A stretch of 61,739 nucleotides of DNA, filler included, from Choristocarpus tenellus KU-1152 (lineage: Eukaryota > Protista > Phaeophyceae): NCBI GenBank assembly GCA_964200185.2. It is 9 parts of 9 records of this genome, joined end to end, with 100 filler letters (N's around TTAATTAATTAA, not from the genome) between each part and the next. Parts side by side here need not be neighbours in the genome. Positions count along the whole stretch, not along the records: positions 38,379 to 47,936 come from CAXNAD020003579.1; positions 48,037 to 51,383 come from CAXNAD020020650.1; positions 51,484 to 58,184 come from CAXNAD020007534.1; 6 more parts are not named here. One strand, written 5' to 3'. Shown piece by piece: positions 38,718-52,167 of the stretch. Below the pieces are notes generated by a model. That model was not told where the DNA came from. It saw only the letters and a program-made list of their open reading frames with translations, and ran no database searches. Both the position numbers and the translations under genes were made by a program. How positions within the stretch are numbered: position 1 is the first letter of the stretch; each line of letters opens with the position of its first letter.

Positions 38718-41700
38718 CTCGTTGCCAGGTCTCAAGACCAATCCAGGGATCCACACCTGGCCTGTGTTAGTACAGGCGAGGCAAAAGAAGTCCAAGCTAA
38801 AGCAGCAGCCTGCAAATCCAGAGTTGGAATCAGAAAGTGTAGCTGCTGTGGCTGACGTAACTGTGGAAAATGGTGCCAACGGGAATGTAAGAGTGGAGAT
38901 GGAAAATGGGGATAATGAGGATAATGACACAGTGGTCGAGTCCTCTGTTGAGGGTGGGGTGGAGGCTGCTGGTGTTGTAGGTGATAGCACCAGCATGCTG
39001 GTGGACAAGGCTTCAGATCTCAGTGGAGTCACAAATGTTGGAGGTATGGAGGCTGAACAGGGGAAGGCGGAGGATGGGGGAGAGGCAGGGGCAGAGATGG
39101 GGAAGGAGGAAGGCGTTGGAGTGGGAGTGAAATATCATCACAAGCCGATAGATGGACCAATGGCTTATTCTGATGTACCACTGGAGCAGGCGGTTGCTAT
39201 GGGTTTCATTCATTACCCTTCCCATGAGGATGTGGATCCCTCACAGGCCAAGAGGTATGGCGCACTTAGGATGCATTTTCACTAAGCTTATTGGCCTTTC
39301 TTGGGGAAAGGAGATCTTGTATATGCTTTATCTGTTGATTAAGAAACTTAAGTATTATTATATTGTTACTGGTTTTGGAGGTTTGGTGTGTATATCCTGC
39401 ACTTCCTCAAAATCTGCTTGGCAATGCCTCCCCCCACCTCCCCCCTCCTGTTCCATTCAAGCTCCTTTTGTAGGTTAGATTAGCCATGGGATGGGGCAGG
39501 GAGCATTGTACATGATGTTTTCACTATTTTTCAAATTTAATAGGTCTCTTGTTGAGCAGCTTGCCCAAAACACAATTTTCTAATTTTGTAAGGCTGCAAA
39601 ATTTACTGTTTGCCTGGACACCCCTCCATCCCCCCCCAACCCTACTTACCTAAACTGTCACCTGCATTTTTCTCCTCCTTTGCACCTGTGTACTTTGAAA
39701 CACTATGCTTCCCTCACCCCACTCCTCCCAACTCCCATGTTGTGTAATGATGTAGGCTTTGCCCTAGCCTTTTCCCACCTTCTGCAGATCTGGCGAAATC
39801 ATTCTGCTTGGAGAGATGCATGCGTGTGCTTCCCCATCATCAAGATACAGGGGGGTTCTTTGTTGCAGTGCTGGAGAAGATTGGGCCCATTTTCTGGCAG
39901 GTGCTAACTGGAGTTGTTGTGGATATCATGGCATGGATGGAGCAGGGTTGAGTAGGCAGGGGGGGGCAATTGAACTGGCCAAATTTTCTGGAATATTAGG
40001 AAGATAAAAAAAATAATTTGGTTGGCAGAGAAGTGTAGAAGGCATCATCAATATATTATTACAGTAGCCCAATGCATTCTTTTTTTTTCTGTAACTACCA
40101 GTGAAAAAATCCACCTGAAGCTCCCAATTCCTTCCCCCAGGATCTCATGAAACCTGGAGAGAACCTAACAGGTGAAGCTGAAGTGGATGGTGCCTCTTCT
40201 CAAGGGTCTCACCCTGCTGCTGCACCTCCACCTGCAAGTTCAAGTACAGCACCAACAACGGCTAACATTGTAGGGGCTACGGAGCCACCACCAACCGCTA
40301 TGGGGGGTGATGTGGAGAGGGTTGACAAGGAGGCAGAGGTAGGCAAGGAGATCTCAACGTTGTCATCAGCCATGGAAATGGGTACAGCAGATTTAGTGAA
40401 GGCAGGAACTTCTCAGGAAATGGCACCAGAATCCACTGAGGGGAGAGGAGGCGGATGCGGCGGGGGGGGGAGGGGAAGAGGAAGAGGGGGTCAAGGTAGG
40501 GGTCACAGTGGTGGTAGAGGAGGGAGGGGAGGAAAGATGTTTAAGCCTCACCCAGAGGATGCTGTGAGGGAGGAGTATGTTCCGATTGAAGCGGAGGAAT
40601 GGCCAAAAGTGAGTTGAATCTTTGATTGTGTGTTGGTCGGTGGATGGAAGGATGGATAGGTGGACAGATGGATAGTTTTCTCTTTTATGGTACACCATGA
40701 TATTGGTTGCTTTTTGAGTACTGTGAGTAGTTTAGATTGTGCTCTTTGAGTTGGGTGTTGAGTGCGTTTCGACTTGCCCGCTTGTACTTGTATTTTTTTA
40801 TTTTAGGTTGAGATTAAGTGTAGATGGTAAATGTATATGCTGATACTGCATAGCATTGTGGAGTGTGATGGATTGTGCTTGTTGGACTGAGAAGGCAGTA
40901 GATCCTCAGGGCCGCCCTATGTATTTGATTGGGCGTGAAATTTGGTGTGTTTATCTCAACCTGAAGCTCGAACTCTTCATGATGGATCAAAGGTACAATG
41001 GGAAGAACAGGGTGCTATCAATAGTATTTGTACATAGGTACACTACTGCAGCATTAATATGGACTCCTAGGATTTGTTATTTCTTTTGTTTTCTTGTTCA
41101 TATATTTGTTACTATTCACTGATAGGAAGCAAAAAGGAGGGGAATACATCCCCTGTTCCAGTATACTCTTATCCTGCATCTACTTGTCTCGTGAGCTGTG
41201 TACATGATCAAAATTTAAGACTGCCTTTTATTGATGACTTTTATTGATGCGAGACTCTTGTATATTGTAACAGTGGTTAGAGTGTTAGCGTGGATGGATA
41301 TGTTCATATATACCGTTGTAGAAACATAAGTAGAACTCAATTCTAGGGGTCATTTTGTGTCGAATCAGTGAGAAACATTTCACCGGGCTGAACATTTACC
41401 GTGTCCAATGTTGGCTGTATGGCTGCAGGTCAGTCCAATGTTGAAATAGTTGATGGATATGGTATTTTTATTGGCCATGTTAGAACTTGGCTGTACATGG
41501 CTGGCCGGTGGCCCTGGTCGTTTTGAAGTGGTGACGCTCATGGACTCATCCATTTTGTAACATTTGATCTATGGACAGTCGGGTAATATTTCTTAGACAC
41601 TGGGGCTGGCCATCTCATTGCCATGCCTCCCTATTCACCATTCACTCTTTGTGTATCTTGTATCCTATACTTGTACTGTAACTACTAAATATATAGTACA

Positions 41701-44700
41701 TGTATTGATACTTCTAAATTATTTACTAATTTGCTATATATTTTAGATACTGTTGAAAAGCTTTTTGAACACACTTAAAGTTTGTTGTGTGTTTGGAGTT
41801 TGGGTGTTTTGTGATTTCAAGATGTATTTTGACACTCATTTGTCAAAATACATCTTATTTGACTTGAGTGCGTACATTCTAATGATTTATTTATTTTTGT
41901 TAATCCACATATCTGTATTCTGACATTATCACTGCACGTACATACATGTATGTTCTTCATGATTTTGAACCAAGAAAGTCCCGAGATGATTGAATGAATA
42001 CTGTATTTGAGCACATAGTGGAGTACAGTATTATTTCACATTTGACATGTTACTCATGTTCTTCATGGTTTGCATGGAGTAACCAAACAAACCCAACAGT
42101 TGGAGTAGTACAGCATGTTGTGGGCATGGTCCAGTTATGCCATAAGAATGTTAAGATTGTTTGGTCCAGTCCGGCTGCCGGACATGCACCAGGACATGTT
42201 CAATTATATTGGGATCGGTCTAGCCAGGGGATGAAAGCATTTTAATTTGCTGGCCCAGCGACAAACCCTTTTTTTTCCTGCACAATATGAAATGCATCCA
42301 CTTCAACAGTTTTGTAACATTTTTGGATGTTGTAAGTGGTGAAAAACGTTATGTTCATTGATCCAAGTCATGTTGTCACTCTCATCTGACTCACACCCCT
42401 CGACCTCCTCCCCTCCACCCCAACGTATTTAGATTGTGGATTGGTATGGGATTCGTCCAGAGTTCCCTGTGGACCAGCTTTTTACACGAAAGGCAGGATC
42501 AAAGAGTGTGTCATACGTTACAAAACGTTCCAAGGAGTTAATCCTGGAGGACTCAGCTGCATCCAAGTTGCAGGTGAAAAACAAAAGAAAAAAACGGAAC
42601 ATGAGTGAAATAATTGTGTCCTTCAGCAGTGCAGTGATGTTTCCGTGGTCTGTAGAGGATCAGTATTGTATTGTCTTGTTTGTAGCTCTTTTGTGTTTTG
42701 AGTAGATTGTTTTGGTATGTTTGTCTGTCTCTTTGGTATGTCCTTTTTTTCAGTTGTACTTGATGTGTCTATAAAGCTTTTAGGGCTTGTTGGCTGTCTT
42801 GGTCAACTCTTCATTTGTTGTGGTCTTGAAAAACAGTTTGTGGTTGGTGGAGTCAAGACCTCAAACTAAGAAGAAAATAAATGTTCTCGTACTTGATACT
42901 TGATAGCTGTGTTGTTTATATTCAAAGTAATGAGTTCTGCACACACTCATTTTGTGCTTGTGTATTCTGTATCCTACTCCTTGCCCCACCCAACCCAACT
43001 CTCCTTTTCTCTCTAAGAAACAGTTTAATATCCCATTGATTTTCAACTGACGAGTCTTGACTTTTTATATGGTTTACCTGGGGGAGGTAGCTCATGCATG
43101 GTATGGTTGTAAATCTCACATGTTTTTATCAACATAAGGGGAGTGACCTGAACAACAGCACACAGCAGGTGCATTTCATGTTTTATTGTGTTGTTTGTAT
43201 GCCCTTTGTGTCTTTTGGGTTTGCAATGGTCTTAGTGTGATTCCTATAGCAGCCATCTGCAATTGAGTCTCTCTCAAGGAATTTTCTTGGCCGCTGCAAT
43301 TGAGTTGGTTCTGTGATCTGTACCTAGCCTTGCTTTTGTTCTCTTTCACACATTTATGTACATACTATGTGGGTGATGTTGTGCATGTTTGTTCGTGCAT
43401 GCATGTATGTATGTAACTTGAGCAGCAAACACAAATGACTTTTAGCTTGTGAAAATATTAACCCTGGTGATTCGATTTTTTGAAACAGTGAGCCTCTCAG
43501 TCAGAGCATAGGTCTTAGCCCTTAGTGGAGTGGAAGGGACACTCTCCGAATGGAGCTGTCGGAGGTACTACCATGGCACCAAAAGGGTTGAGGCAGATAG
43601 AAGTTCGCCATGCCTTACTGACCTCTCCCTATGGTACACCCCACAACATATGTCTTTGGGGGGGGGGGGTTGTTGCATGATTGTGTTAGGTGATTCACAC
43701 AGGGGTGAAAGTTTTTGATAGGAACAGTAACGGCAGGGGCAACATTGAATACAGGGTCTGTCAAGAGGGACTGGGGTTTGTGTTGCCCTTCATGACAAAG
43801 CGGGTTGCAAGGTGAGAAAAAAGTTCAAGGACAAGAACGTGGATTGATGGGGATGGGCGGGGGGGGGGAGTGGGGGGAATATTGTGGAAACTAAATCTAT
43901 TTTTGTGTTGACAGTTACGGCAGAGCTATTCGTAAGGCAAGTTTGGTTGGCCTTGGCCTCTGTCTTGTGATGGGTTGCTTGTTGATGCAATCGTGGGGGG
44001 TGGTCCCCTGTGTATCACGTGTCAGTTCAGTTTTCTGTGAGGCTCCTGTTGCAATGTTGTCAGATAAGCATGAGAAATTTGTGTGTGTATTTTCTTGATA
44101 TGCAGCAAGGTCAAGGCGTAAATGCTATCCAGATAGTATCAGGTTTTACTATTGTTTGTCACGCAGTGGCTACCTGAGAAGGTGGGTAGCAGAGGGAAGT
44201 GATGTGGAGACGCACAAGCTAGTTCGTTTCCCAGTTGGGTGTTAGTCTCTCTTGACCTGTGATGCGCGATGGAATTATGAAACTCTCAAACTTCTTTGCC
44301 ATGAGGCAATATATAGCCCCCAACCCCCTCAAGCCCATTCCACCCAACACCTACCCACTGTTTCAATAGGAGATGCATTACTTACCAACACTATTAATAC
44401 CCTCTAACATCTTCCCTCACATATTCTATCCACTTGATGGTGGTAATCGTGGTGGCTGTGACAACCGGCCCTGTGGCTGGTTGCAGGGACTGCTCAGCAA
44501 ATGATCTTTCTCGTGTTCTAGATGGGGTGGTGGTTAATGCGGAGGATCTCTCGGAGGGGGCATTGAAGGCAATGAAGGATCAGGCAGAGGGGGTGTTTGT
44601 TGTTTCCCATACACCAGAGGGGGGCAATGGTCGCAGCTTCTTCGCCTGTGTTTGGAAGGTGTGGTTGAGTGTGGTTTGGATCAATTTGGGTTGGTCTTAA

Positions 44701-45849
44701 GAGGCCGATACGAAAACTTGTCCTGGTGCTCAAGAATATCAAGTGGGGGTTTAGGCATGGTAGGTATTACTTTATCCCTTCCATGCTAACAGGACTGTGC
44801 AGACGTCAGGAAAGTGTTGATTTTACTACTCTGTCAGTGGACATACAGTGCATAGATGAATGTGGGACTTTGCTGCTATGTCTTGAGTTTATTTTGTCTC
44901 AGGCATGAAGAGTTTATGTATATTCATTGTAGTGTGATTGGACTCGAAGAGATGGAGTTCATTCCACTCCCTGTACAGGTGACACCATGAAACTGTATCA
45001 AAATATGGAACACAACTCAATAGATTTAGTTCTATACCACTATGAATTATTTTAGATCCAAAATCGGGGTATATATAGTAGTGAAAAGGACAATTCAGAA
45101 ATATATGAAACCAGGCTGAAGGCCGAATTGGGTGTAAAGAAGCCTTAGTGGCCCTGGAGTGGATCGAAACCCCATTAAACATTTTCCATCCATCCAGATC
45201 TCTCTCTCTCTCTCTGAGCACTGAGCAATGAGTATCAGGCTGCAATGTGGATGTACGTAACTTAACCCTACCAACATTTGAAGAGTAATACCATAAACAC
45301 AGGCAGCTAGCCATGATTAATCATAGGCAGTGAATGTTTTTCAGTTGCTTCCATTGCCTGAACAATGAGTGCCTGGTTTGAACTGTACAACTAATTGCTG
45401 GTCTGAGGGCTTGCCTTCTATAAACCTCAGCTGACTGGGACTGGACCATTTTCATAGATGCTGAGACCCGTGAAAACATCACTTTTGTCCTCACTTGCAC
45501 AAACCTTTTTTGTCTCGAAACCAATCATTTTCTTTATGGACCCACATAGTTGGGATGTGTATCAGTTACACCTCTTGTATCATGCACCCACCCAACTACT
45601 ATACCCTCACTCCTGTGATTGATTCTTCTGTTTTTGGGGGTAATGCAGGGACGTACCAATAATATTGCTGCTATGATCAACAAATCCCTTCTGCCTGGGC
45701 TCAAACTGGAGATGCAGGCCCTAGGGGTCTATGTGCCTGCTGAGGAGCCAACATCTAACCCAGCAGCAAGAAGTGGAGCAGACGTTGGGGGAGAAGATGA
45801 GGAGAAGGTTGAAGGAGAGATAGGAAATGAAGGTCCTGAAGATGTTTGA
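38718..45849 (+). CDS. NSUN2: tRNA (cytosine-5) methyltransferase NSUN2/Trm4, C-terminal portion
   Basis: Exons about 38718-39253 (SLPGLKTNPGIHTWPV), 39788-39900 (CLERCMRVLPHHQDTGGFFVAVLEK), 40141-40608, 42433-42573 (IVDWYGIRPEFPVDQLFTR), 43690-43811 (VIHTGVKVF...YRVCQEG...LPFMTKR), 44487-44658 and 45649-45849. A small exon may be missing between 39253 and 39788. Confidence 0.9.
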
Positions 45850-48800
45850 AGGGGGGGAGGGTGGAGTACGATAGGACAAATAAGACAATAGTGGAGGTAG
45901 TGCTAGATTTAGTGGGGATGAGTCAAGCCAAAGTTTATAGAAATGATTATATTGATGGGAGTCATGGAGGTTTCAGGGTAAATAATAATATTGGCTCTGA
46001 GTGTGGCTTTTGAGGGCCTTTCTCTTGTTATAGATGTGTTACTTTTCGTGTGTTTTTCCATATCATAACCTTAAATTTAGGACAAATCGTGTGTGGAAAA
46101 GCCTGGCAAGGAAACAAAAAGAAAACCCGTGTCAGGTGGATGTTGACTGTATCTATTGGTACATTGATGTTCTTGAAGTAGCTAAATAGGTGTGAGGGGA
46201 GAATGGTCCTCAAGGAGAGAGTGTGCGTGTTAGAGAGGTACAGTGGAAACTTATGGTTGGTGCATGCTCTTGAGATTGTAGTTTTGTTGTGTATATTTTG
46301 TGTTTGTTTTCCTCGTTGACACATTATTGATTTATACGGAACATATTTTTGTTACAGTTTCAGGGAAACGGGGGGAGGGGGGGGCATAGGATAAGGGGTT
46401 GCGAAGTGATGGATTATGACAGGCCAAGAGAAAAAACACGTCCTGGCAGTAGAATGTGGAATGGCAACTTTGGGAAGAGTTATGGAACACACAACAAATC
46501 CAAGTGCTGGTTTTGCTTGTGTAGCATTTTACTGTTGTATGTGCCACACATATTTTGCAAGGCAGAATTGCCTGGCTGGTTAGGTGAATTCCCCCGTAGC
46601 ATGAACACCTCATGCAAATCGTATGACTCATTGGTATTAGCATTATTTTTTCATAGTGTTAGAGCTGTTGGTTTGAGCTTAAATTTGTTCAGTTGAATTA
46701 GGCACCATTACAATAGTTTTGAATATTCCTGTCTGTGATGAATAAACCATCTCTGATATTGCTGTCCAAGGATACGCATAGCTAACACACTCTTCCAAAT
46801 AATCATTCAGAGTACAAACAGACTTGATGTATGTGTCTTTTTTATGTGGAATAGTGTTTCCCCATTCTAGTATGTAGACTCTTGTGCTCTAAGCCGCAAT
46901 CTAAAACTTGATACAAAAATGGAAAATGTCATCTAGTTGCACTGAGAGATTGGACGGAGAATGGTGAAGTGTTTCGAAACGACTGGGTACACAAAATTGA
47001 TATTGGCATACTTCTTTAACCCCTCCAAGTGATGTACAGCTCCATGGAGCACAATATTAAACTGACTGCCAGGTGGAAGGACCCTGCTTCTGGTGAAACC
47101 AATGTTTGTGGTTACTATAGAAATTCAGTACAGGATCATTGTCTTTCCTCCTGTCTTGTTCCAAAATGGGTCTTGTGGTCAGAAGTTGAAAAATACAGAG
47201 TATCCAACAATTTACAGATAATAGGTATGCGTGCTTCATGTATATTATAAAAGACCGATCTGCATTAAGGTCTTACATGTGTTACAGAGATATATGTGTG
47301 TTTTTACGTTTTTAGATACATGTTTTTCTCAAGTCGTATTACTTCCCAACATTTCACCTACACGCCCATATAAGCATCTTAACATGCGGTCTCTGCCAGT
47401 ATGATTCCTCATTCAACCTGTCAAATACAGCTGCTTTTTCTGAGCAATCAATGTGGAAATTCCATCCCAAAACTTGTAAAAGCTTCATACCCATGTGTTA
47501 CCTACTGAAATCCAATTCTCTTCTTTTACCATAAAAGTTTCACCTCACACATATTTTATCCAATTTGAGAAAGAATATTTGGAAAAGTTACGGCCATCTG
47601 CCTACCTACCTGCTGATGTTCATCTTTTCATTTTTTTATCGTAACCTATTGTATATTTCGAAGTGTTCCAGTCTCAGTACATCTTTGTCGTATACAATGT
47701 TTTGATGAAACTAAACTAGAGACGGTTGGCCCGCATTTGACATGGAATTGGGGATGTTATTTTAAAGGGCTAAAAAAACCAGATACCAACCCAAAACAAT
47801 TGAAGAGGGCAGATTGGAGGAGTTCAAAGTTGAAGATCAGGATGTCGTATCACACAAGAATCTAAGCATAAAACAGCCTCTCAGCGAAATTGAGGATGGA
47901 GCATATACTATGGAGGATGGGTTTGACCCAAAATTGNNNNNNNNNNNNNNNNNNNNNNNNNNNNNNNNNNNNNNNNNNNNTTAATTAATTAANNNNNNNN
48001 NNNNNNNNNNNNNNNNNNNNNNNNNNNNNNNNNNNNGGGGGTGATGTGGAAAGCATGTTTGTCTGTCATTATACCGTTATTGCCGTATGCCATATACCGT
48101 TATACCGTTATACCGTGGTAACGAGTGAGGTTCCCAGTCAAGAATCCATGATTCCACGGACAGACTTTTCTGTCCGAATGTCACACATGGAAGATCCACT
48201 TTGTTCTCACGTCTTGACTGGTGGTGAAGCCCCACCTTTGATGGTGCTCATCACTCCTAAATTTGAACTTGTCCAACCTTAACCTCGTACCCTCGGTCAC
48301 GGTTCGTCCTTGTTCATGTGGTCCGTCTTGCCCGGTGATTCTCTTCATCACCCTTGCTTGCCTGGGTGAACCACGCCGCCACAGAATCACACGATTCACA
48401 ATTAAAGTAGTACTACACTAACTACTGTTATGATCTAACAATTGTTAACCCTAAAGAAGAATCCTGGGAATGTCTCTCTTGTCCAGATCCTTTCTGGTAT
48501 TTCTAGCTTGAAACGCATGACACATCTCTTTGGAATCACGTGTACACCAGTTGTTACAGGCCCTACTCGTCTCAAACGAGACCTCACCGTCCCTCTCCTA
48601 CAATACCCCTTCCTCTGCAAGGAAACTCTCTTCTTTCTTACGAAGAGGACCAAAACTTCTTGTGGACGAGGTGTTGAGATCGGTACGACTACAAACACAA
48701 AAAACATCTCCTCGGAAAAAAATAACTCGTGTGGTCATTTTGTGGATACGTATCGATTATTCGTATCATGACATCGTATATCTGTAAGCAACTATTAATA

Positions 48801-49056
48801 CCGAATGAAGAATGTCATATACCGAGACACAAACAAAAACACCATTATCCCGTTCTACCACCAAGAAGGTAAGCATCCCCCCAGCATCCGGAACGCGTGA
48901 AGGTTAAGGACTAGCAGGGTGGAAAGAAAGGCATATTGCAAAATCGTCGGACTGGTTGCCCTGGGATTGGAAGTTCCTGTGCTTCGCGAAGGGCAATTTA
49001 GAATCTAGGGACGGGGACAGGGTGGGCGGGGCAAGGTCCCTGCGTGTCAGGAGAAG

Positions 49057-50276
49057 ATGGTGAGCCAATCTTAGTTCTGTCTGATGAATGTACTCCAAGA
49101 GTCGGAGAATACACTGTACTACATTGTGATGTTGGAGATTATCAGTCGAAATCAATTTGTGTGAGAAAAGATGCCCACAAATTTGAGAGGTTCCTGGAAC
49201 AAACCTGTGCATACCAATGCTTCCAACCACACAAATATTCATGTGTATACCAAGTCTCAAGTCTGGAATTGCATGGCACCGATGGTTACAAGTTATTTAC
49301 GTGCTTTGTGAATTGAGGACAATTCTGTGCCTCTCCTCGACCTTCTGTCTCGCCGCAACCTGATTGTTGTCTAGTCGGTCAATTGCTTCCTCTTCGACAT
49401 GGATACATCTGATATCGATAGTGACGCCCATGTTTGGCCAGCAATGAAACGCTCACGTTTGCTCCGTTCGGTATTGTGATAAGATTTGGACTCAAGTGGT
49501 CGTCATGCTAGTATCAGTCCAAAAACGACTGTGACAACTACCCCGACAAGTACTGGTATAGCCACATACCAGCGACTGAGTCTCACTAGATCATTGCACA
49601 CACTCACACGATCTGGGTTGATTCAGTCCCGGCCGTATCGTCGACCAAGAGATTGTGTACTGTAATACTGGCTTGTGAGTTTCAACACCTATCCAGATCC
49701 TGTATTCATTGTACTCTAAGCGTTTCCGGCTACCAGGGCGGTTGTTGGGAAGTAATGAGGTAGTTAACGCTATAGGTGAACTCTCACACCCTTTGTGCCG
49801 ATCATGCATGGGTGAAATTGCTGCGTTACGGTCACAGTTCAAATCTTTATTCTACGAAGTTCGTTTTATTGTTAACAAGGTTGTAATTGCCGCAAGTTCC
49901 CAGAGGCACAGACATAGACCGATATCATTCCCACACAACATTTGCAATGTAGATAGCTTATTTTGTGGGGGATGCACCCTGTGTTACCTATGTTGCGTGA
50001 GGAGTGGTCTGTTACAGTCAGGGTAAAGGTCAATGTGAACCTTAACCCTAACCCCAATACTACAACTAAGTGAAACACACAACATTGAAACGATGTCCAC
50101 ACCTCTATCGCACTGTGCTGCGAGAGAATCTTATTTTCCGTTTACAGTCTTTACGTCTCACTGGTACGTTCCTTTCTGAGTTGTGTGAATAAGCATGCAA
50201 TCAATTCTTTCATTCCGTACTTGGAACAAGAAAAAAACAAAGGTAGTCATAATCTCCATCTGCAATGTAAGTCCCA

Positions 50277-50315
<39 letters not shown>

Positions 50316-51097
50316 CCCTCCCCTCTCTCTCCTTGTCCTTCTCCCCCCCTCTCCTTTTGCCCCCCCCCCCCCCCCCCCCCCCAAGTTTACCCTCTGTTTC
50401 TTGCCACGAGTTCAGCAGTGGTTTCTGGAAGTATTCGTTTCTTTCTGCACGTCGCCCAACCAAGACTTGATGATTGTTGAAAGATATCTATGCATGTGTG
50501 TATTGACTGCATGTTTTATATATCCACCTACTGTATGATGGCAAAATTAGGCTTATCTTCTGTGTTAGTCCTCTGCACATTTACGCATGTCGAAGAAAAA
50601 ACCTCTAAGGTAGGACTGAAGCAGTTTATGTTTTCTTATTGGTGGAAACAGTTTTTCCTTGGGGGTAGAAATGCACTTTTTTTTTCTCATTGTCTGATCA
50701 GTATCAGCGTAGGTTGAAAAACAAACAAAAAATGCAAACGACAGATCCGAAAACAAGGAGAAGAAAAAAATATTTCAATTTTTGAAAAAAAAAACCCCCA
50801 ACAAAAAACAGCCCGCCTTTTGATGCCCCGAACAAAGAAACTGAAAATGAAAAAAAAAAATCACTTCTTTTTTTCAAGAACATATTGAAAAAAAAGAACA
50901 GGGGTTCAAGTCACGATCAAAACTGCTTCTTTAAAAAAAATAAATCATAAACATAAAAAAAACAAAAAAACAGGTTGTGCTATCTGCAGCCGTGACGACC
51001 AAGAATGGCAAGGCCCTGTTGTCTCGTCAGTTTGTGGACATGAGTCGAATTCGCATCGAGGGTCTCCTCGCAGCCTTCCCAAAGCTGATGGGCACAG
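49057..51097 (+). CDS. ARCN1: Coatomer subunit delta (delta-COP), 5' end; truncated at gap
   Basis: Exon 50974-51097 reads [41 protein letters not shown], the diagnostic delta-COP N-terminus lacking Met. The best upstream ATG directly followed by a donor is AAG-ATG|GTGAGC at 49057-49059. Confidence 0.9.
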
Positions 51098-52167
51098 GTA
51101 CGGGGGAAATACTGTAGGAGCTTTTGGATCGGGATGGGACTCTCTCATTGTACACCTCTGAAGTTTTTTTGTTGTTGTTGTTGTTGTAGGGTTCTGGAGT
51201 AGAACCGACGACGACCCCTTCCTTCCCTTTCTCAGAAAATTTCCGTTGTTGTGTAGTGCGTCCAGTCGCGTTGTGTTAGGTGCTTGTCTCTGTAGGCGAG
51301 GGGTGCGGTCGTACGTTACGGTACGTTACGGTACATCGTTGAGTTGCTGTCTTTTTGTGCTTTTTTGGTGGGGTGGGGGGTGGNNNNNNNNNNNNNNNNN
51401 NNNNNNNNNNNNNNNNNNNNNNNNNNNTTAATTAATTAANNNNNNNNNNNNNNNNNNNNNNNNNNNNNNNNNNNNNNNNNNNNCCCTCCCCCCCCCAGAT
51501 ACTTTGAGCCACAACCAGGAACACACAACATTCACCTCCAGACAAGTATCAGTTTCGACTCTTGAATATCGCTTCCTTTTTTTTTTCAAATGGAAAAAAA
51601 AATGGGAGTCTGATGCCTTGATGGCACTGTCTCATTTTTTTCCAGAGGAGGGTGTTCTCAAGTCTCAAATGCAGAAGCAAACACGAAAAAAAACTTTCAC
51701 TTAGTGAGCGTTTGAAATTAAAAAAAGTGCTTTCGTAACCGAACTTTAGAACAAAAGTATTTTCAAATACACTAATACAGAACAACAATGATTTCAGTGT
51801 CTCCGTGTAGAATGGGAGTATTTTCATGTCCACTTGAAAATAACAATGCACTTTTCATGCCTCACTAATTGAACAAAAGTGCTTTGAAGTTAGGGTTAGG
51901 GTTAGCTATGAAGAGGCGTACAACACCATCATGTACCCCCCCCGCACACACAAAAATAATCATGAATTAAGAAAATAGAAAAAAATATCTATATACATCA
52001 CACAAACACACACACACACACACAAAAAAATCTCAAAAACTATTACCTTCCCAGTATATACATACATATCCATGCTATACCCTCCCCCCCCCCTCCCCCT
52101 CCCAAACACAACAAAGGGGATACACATTACAACTCCAAGTTGTGCTCGAATCCTCTACTCAGCTCAC

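Noticed and set aside
48435-48787. Overlapping ORFs upstream of delta-COP as a divergent gene
   Set aside because: No recognisable motifs or consistent splice chain; cannot be supported.
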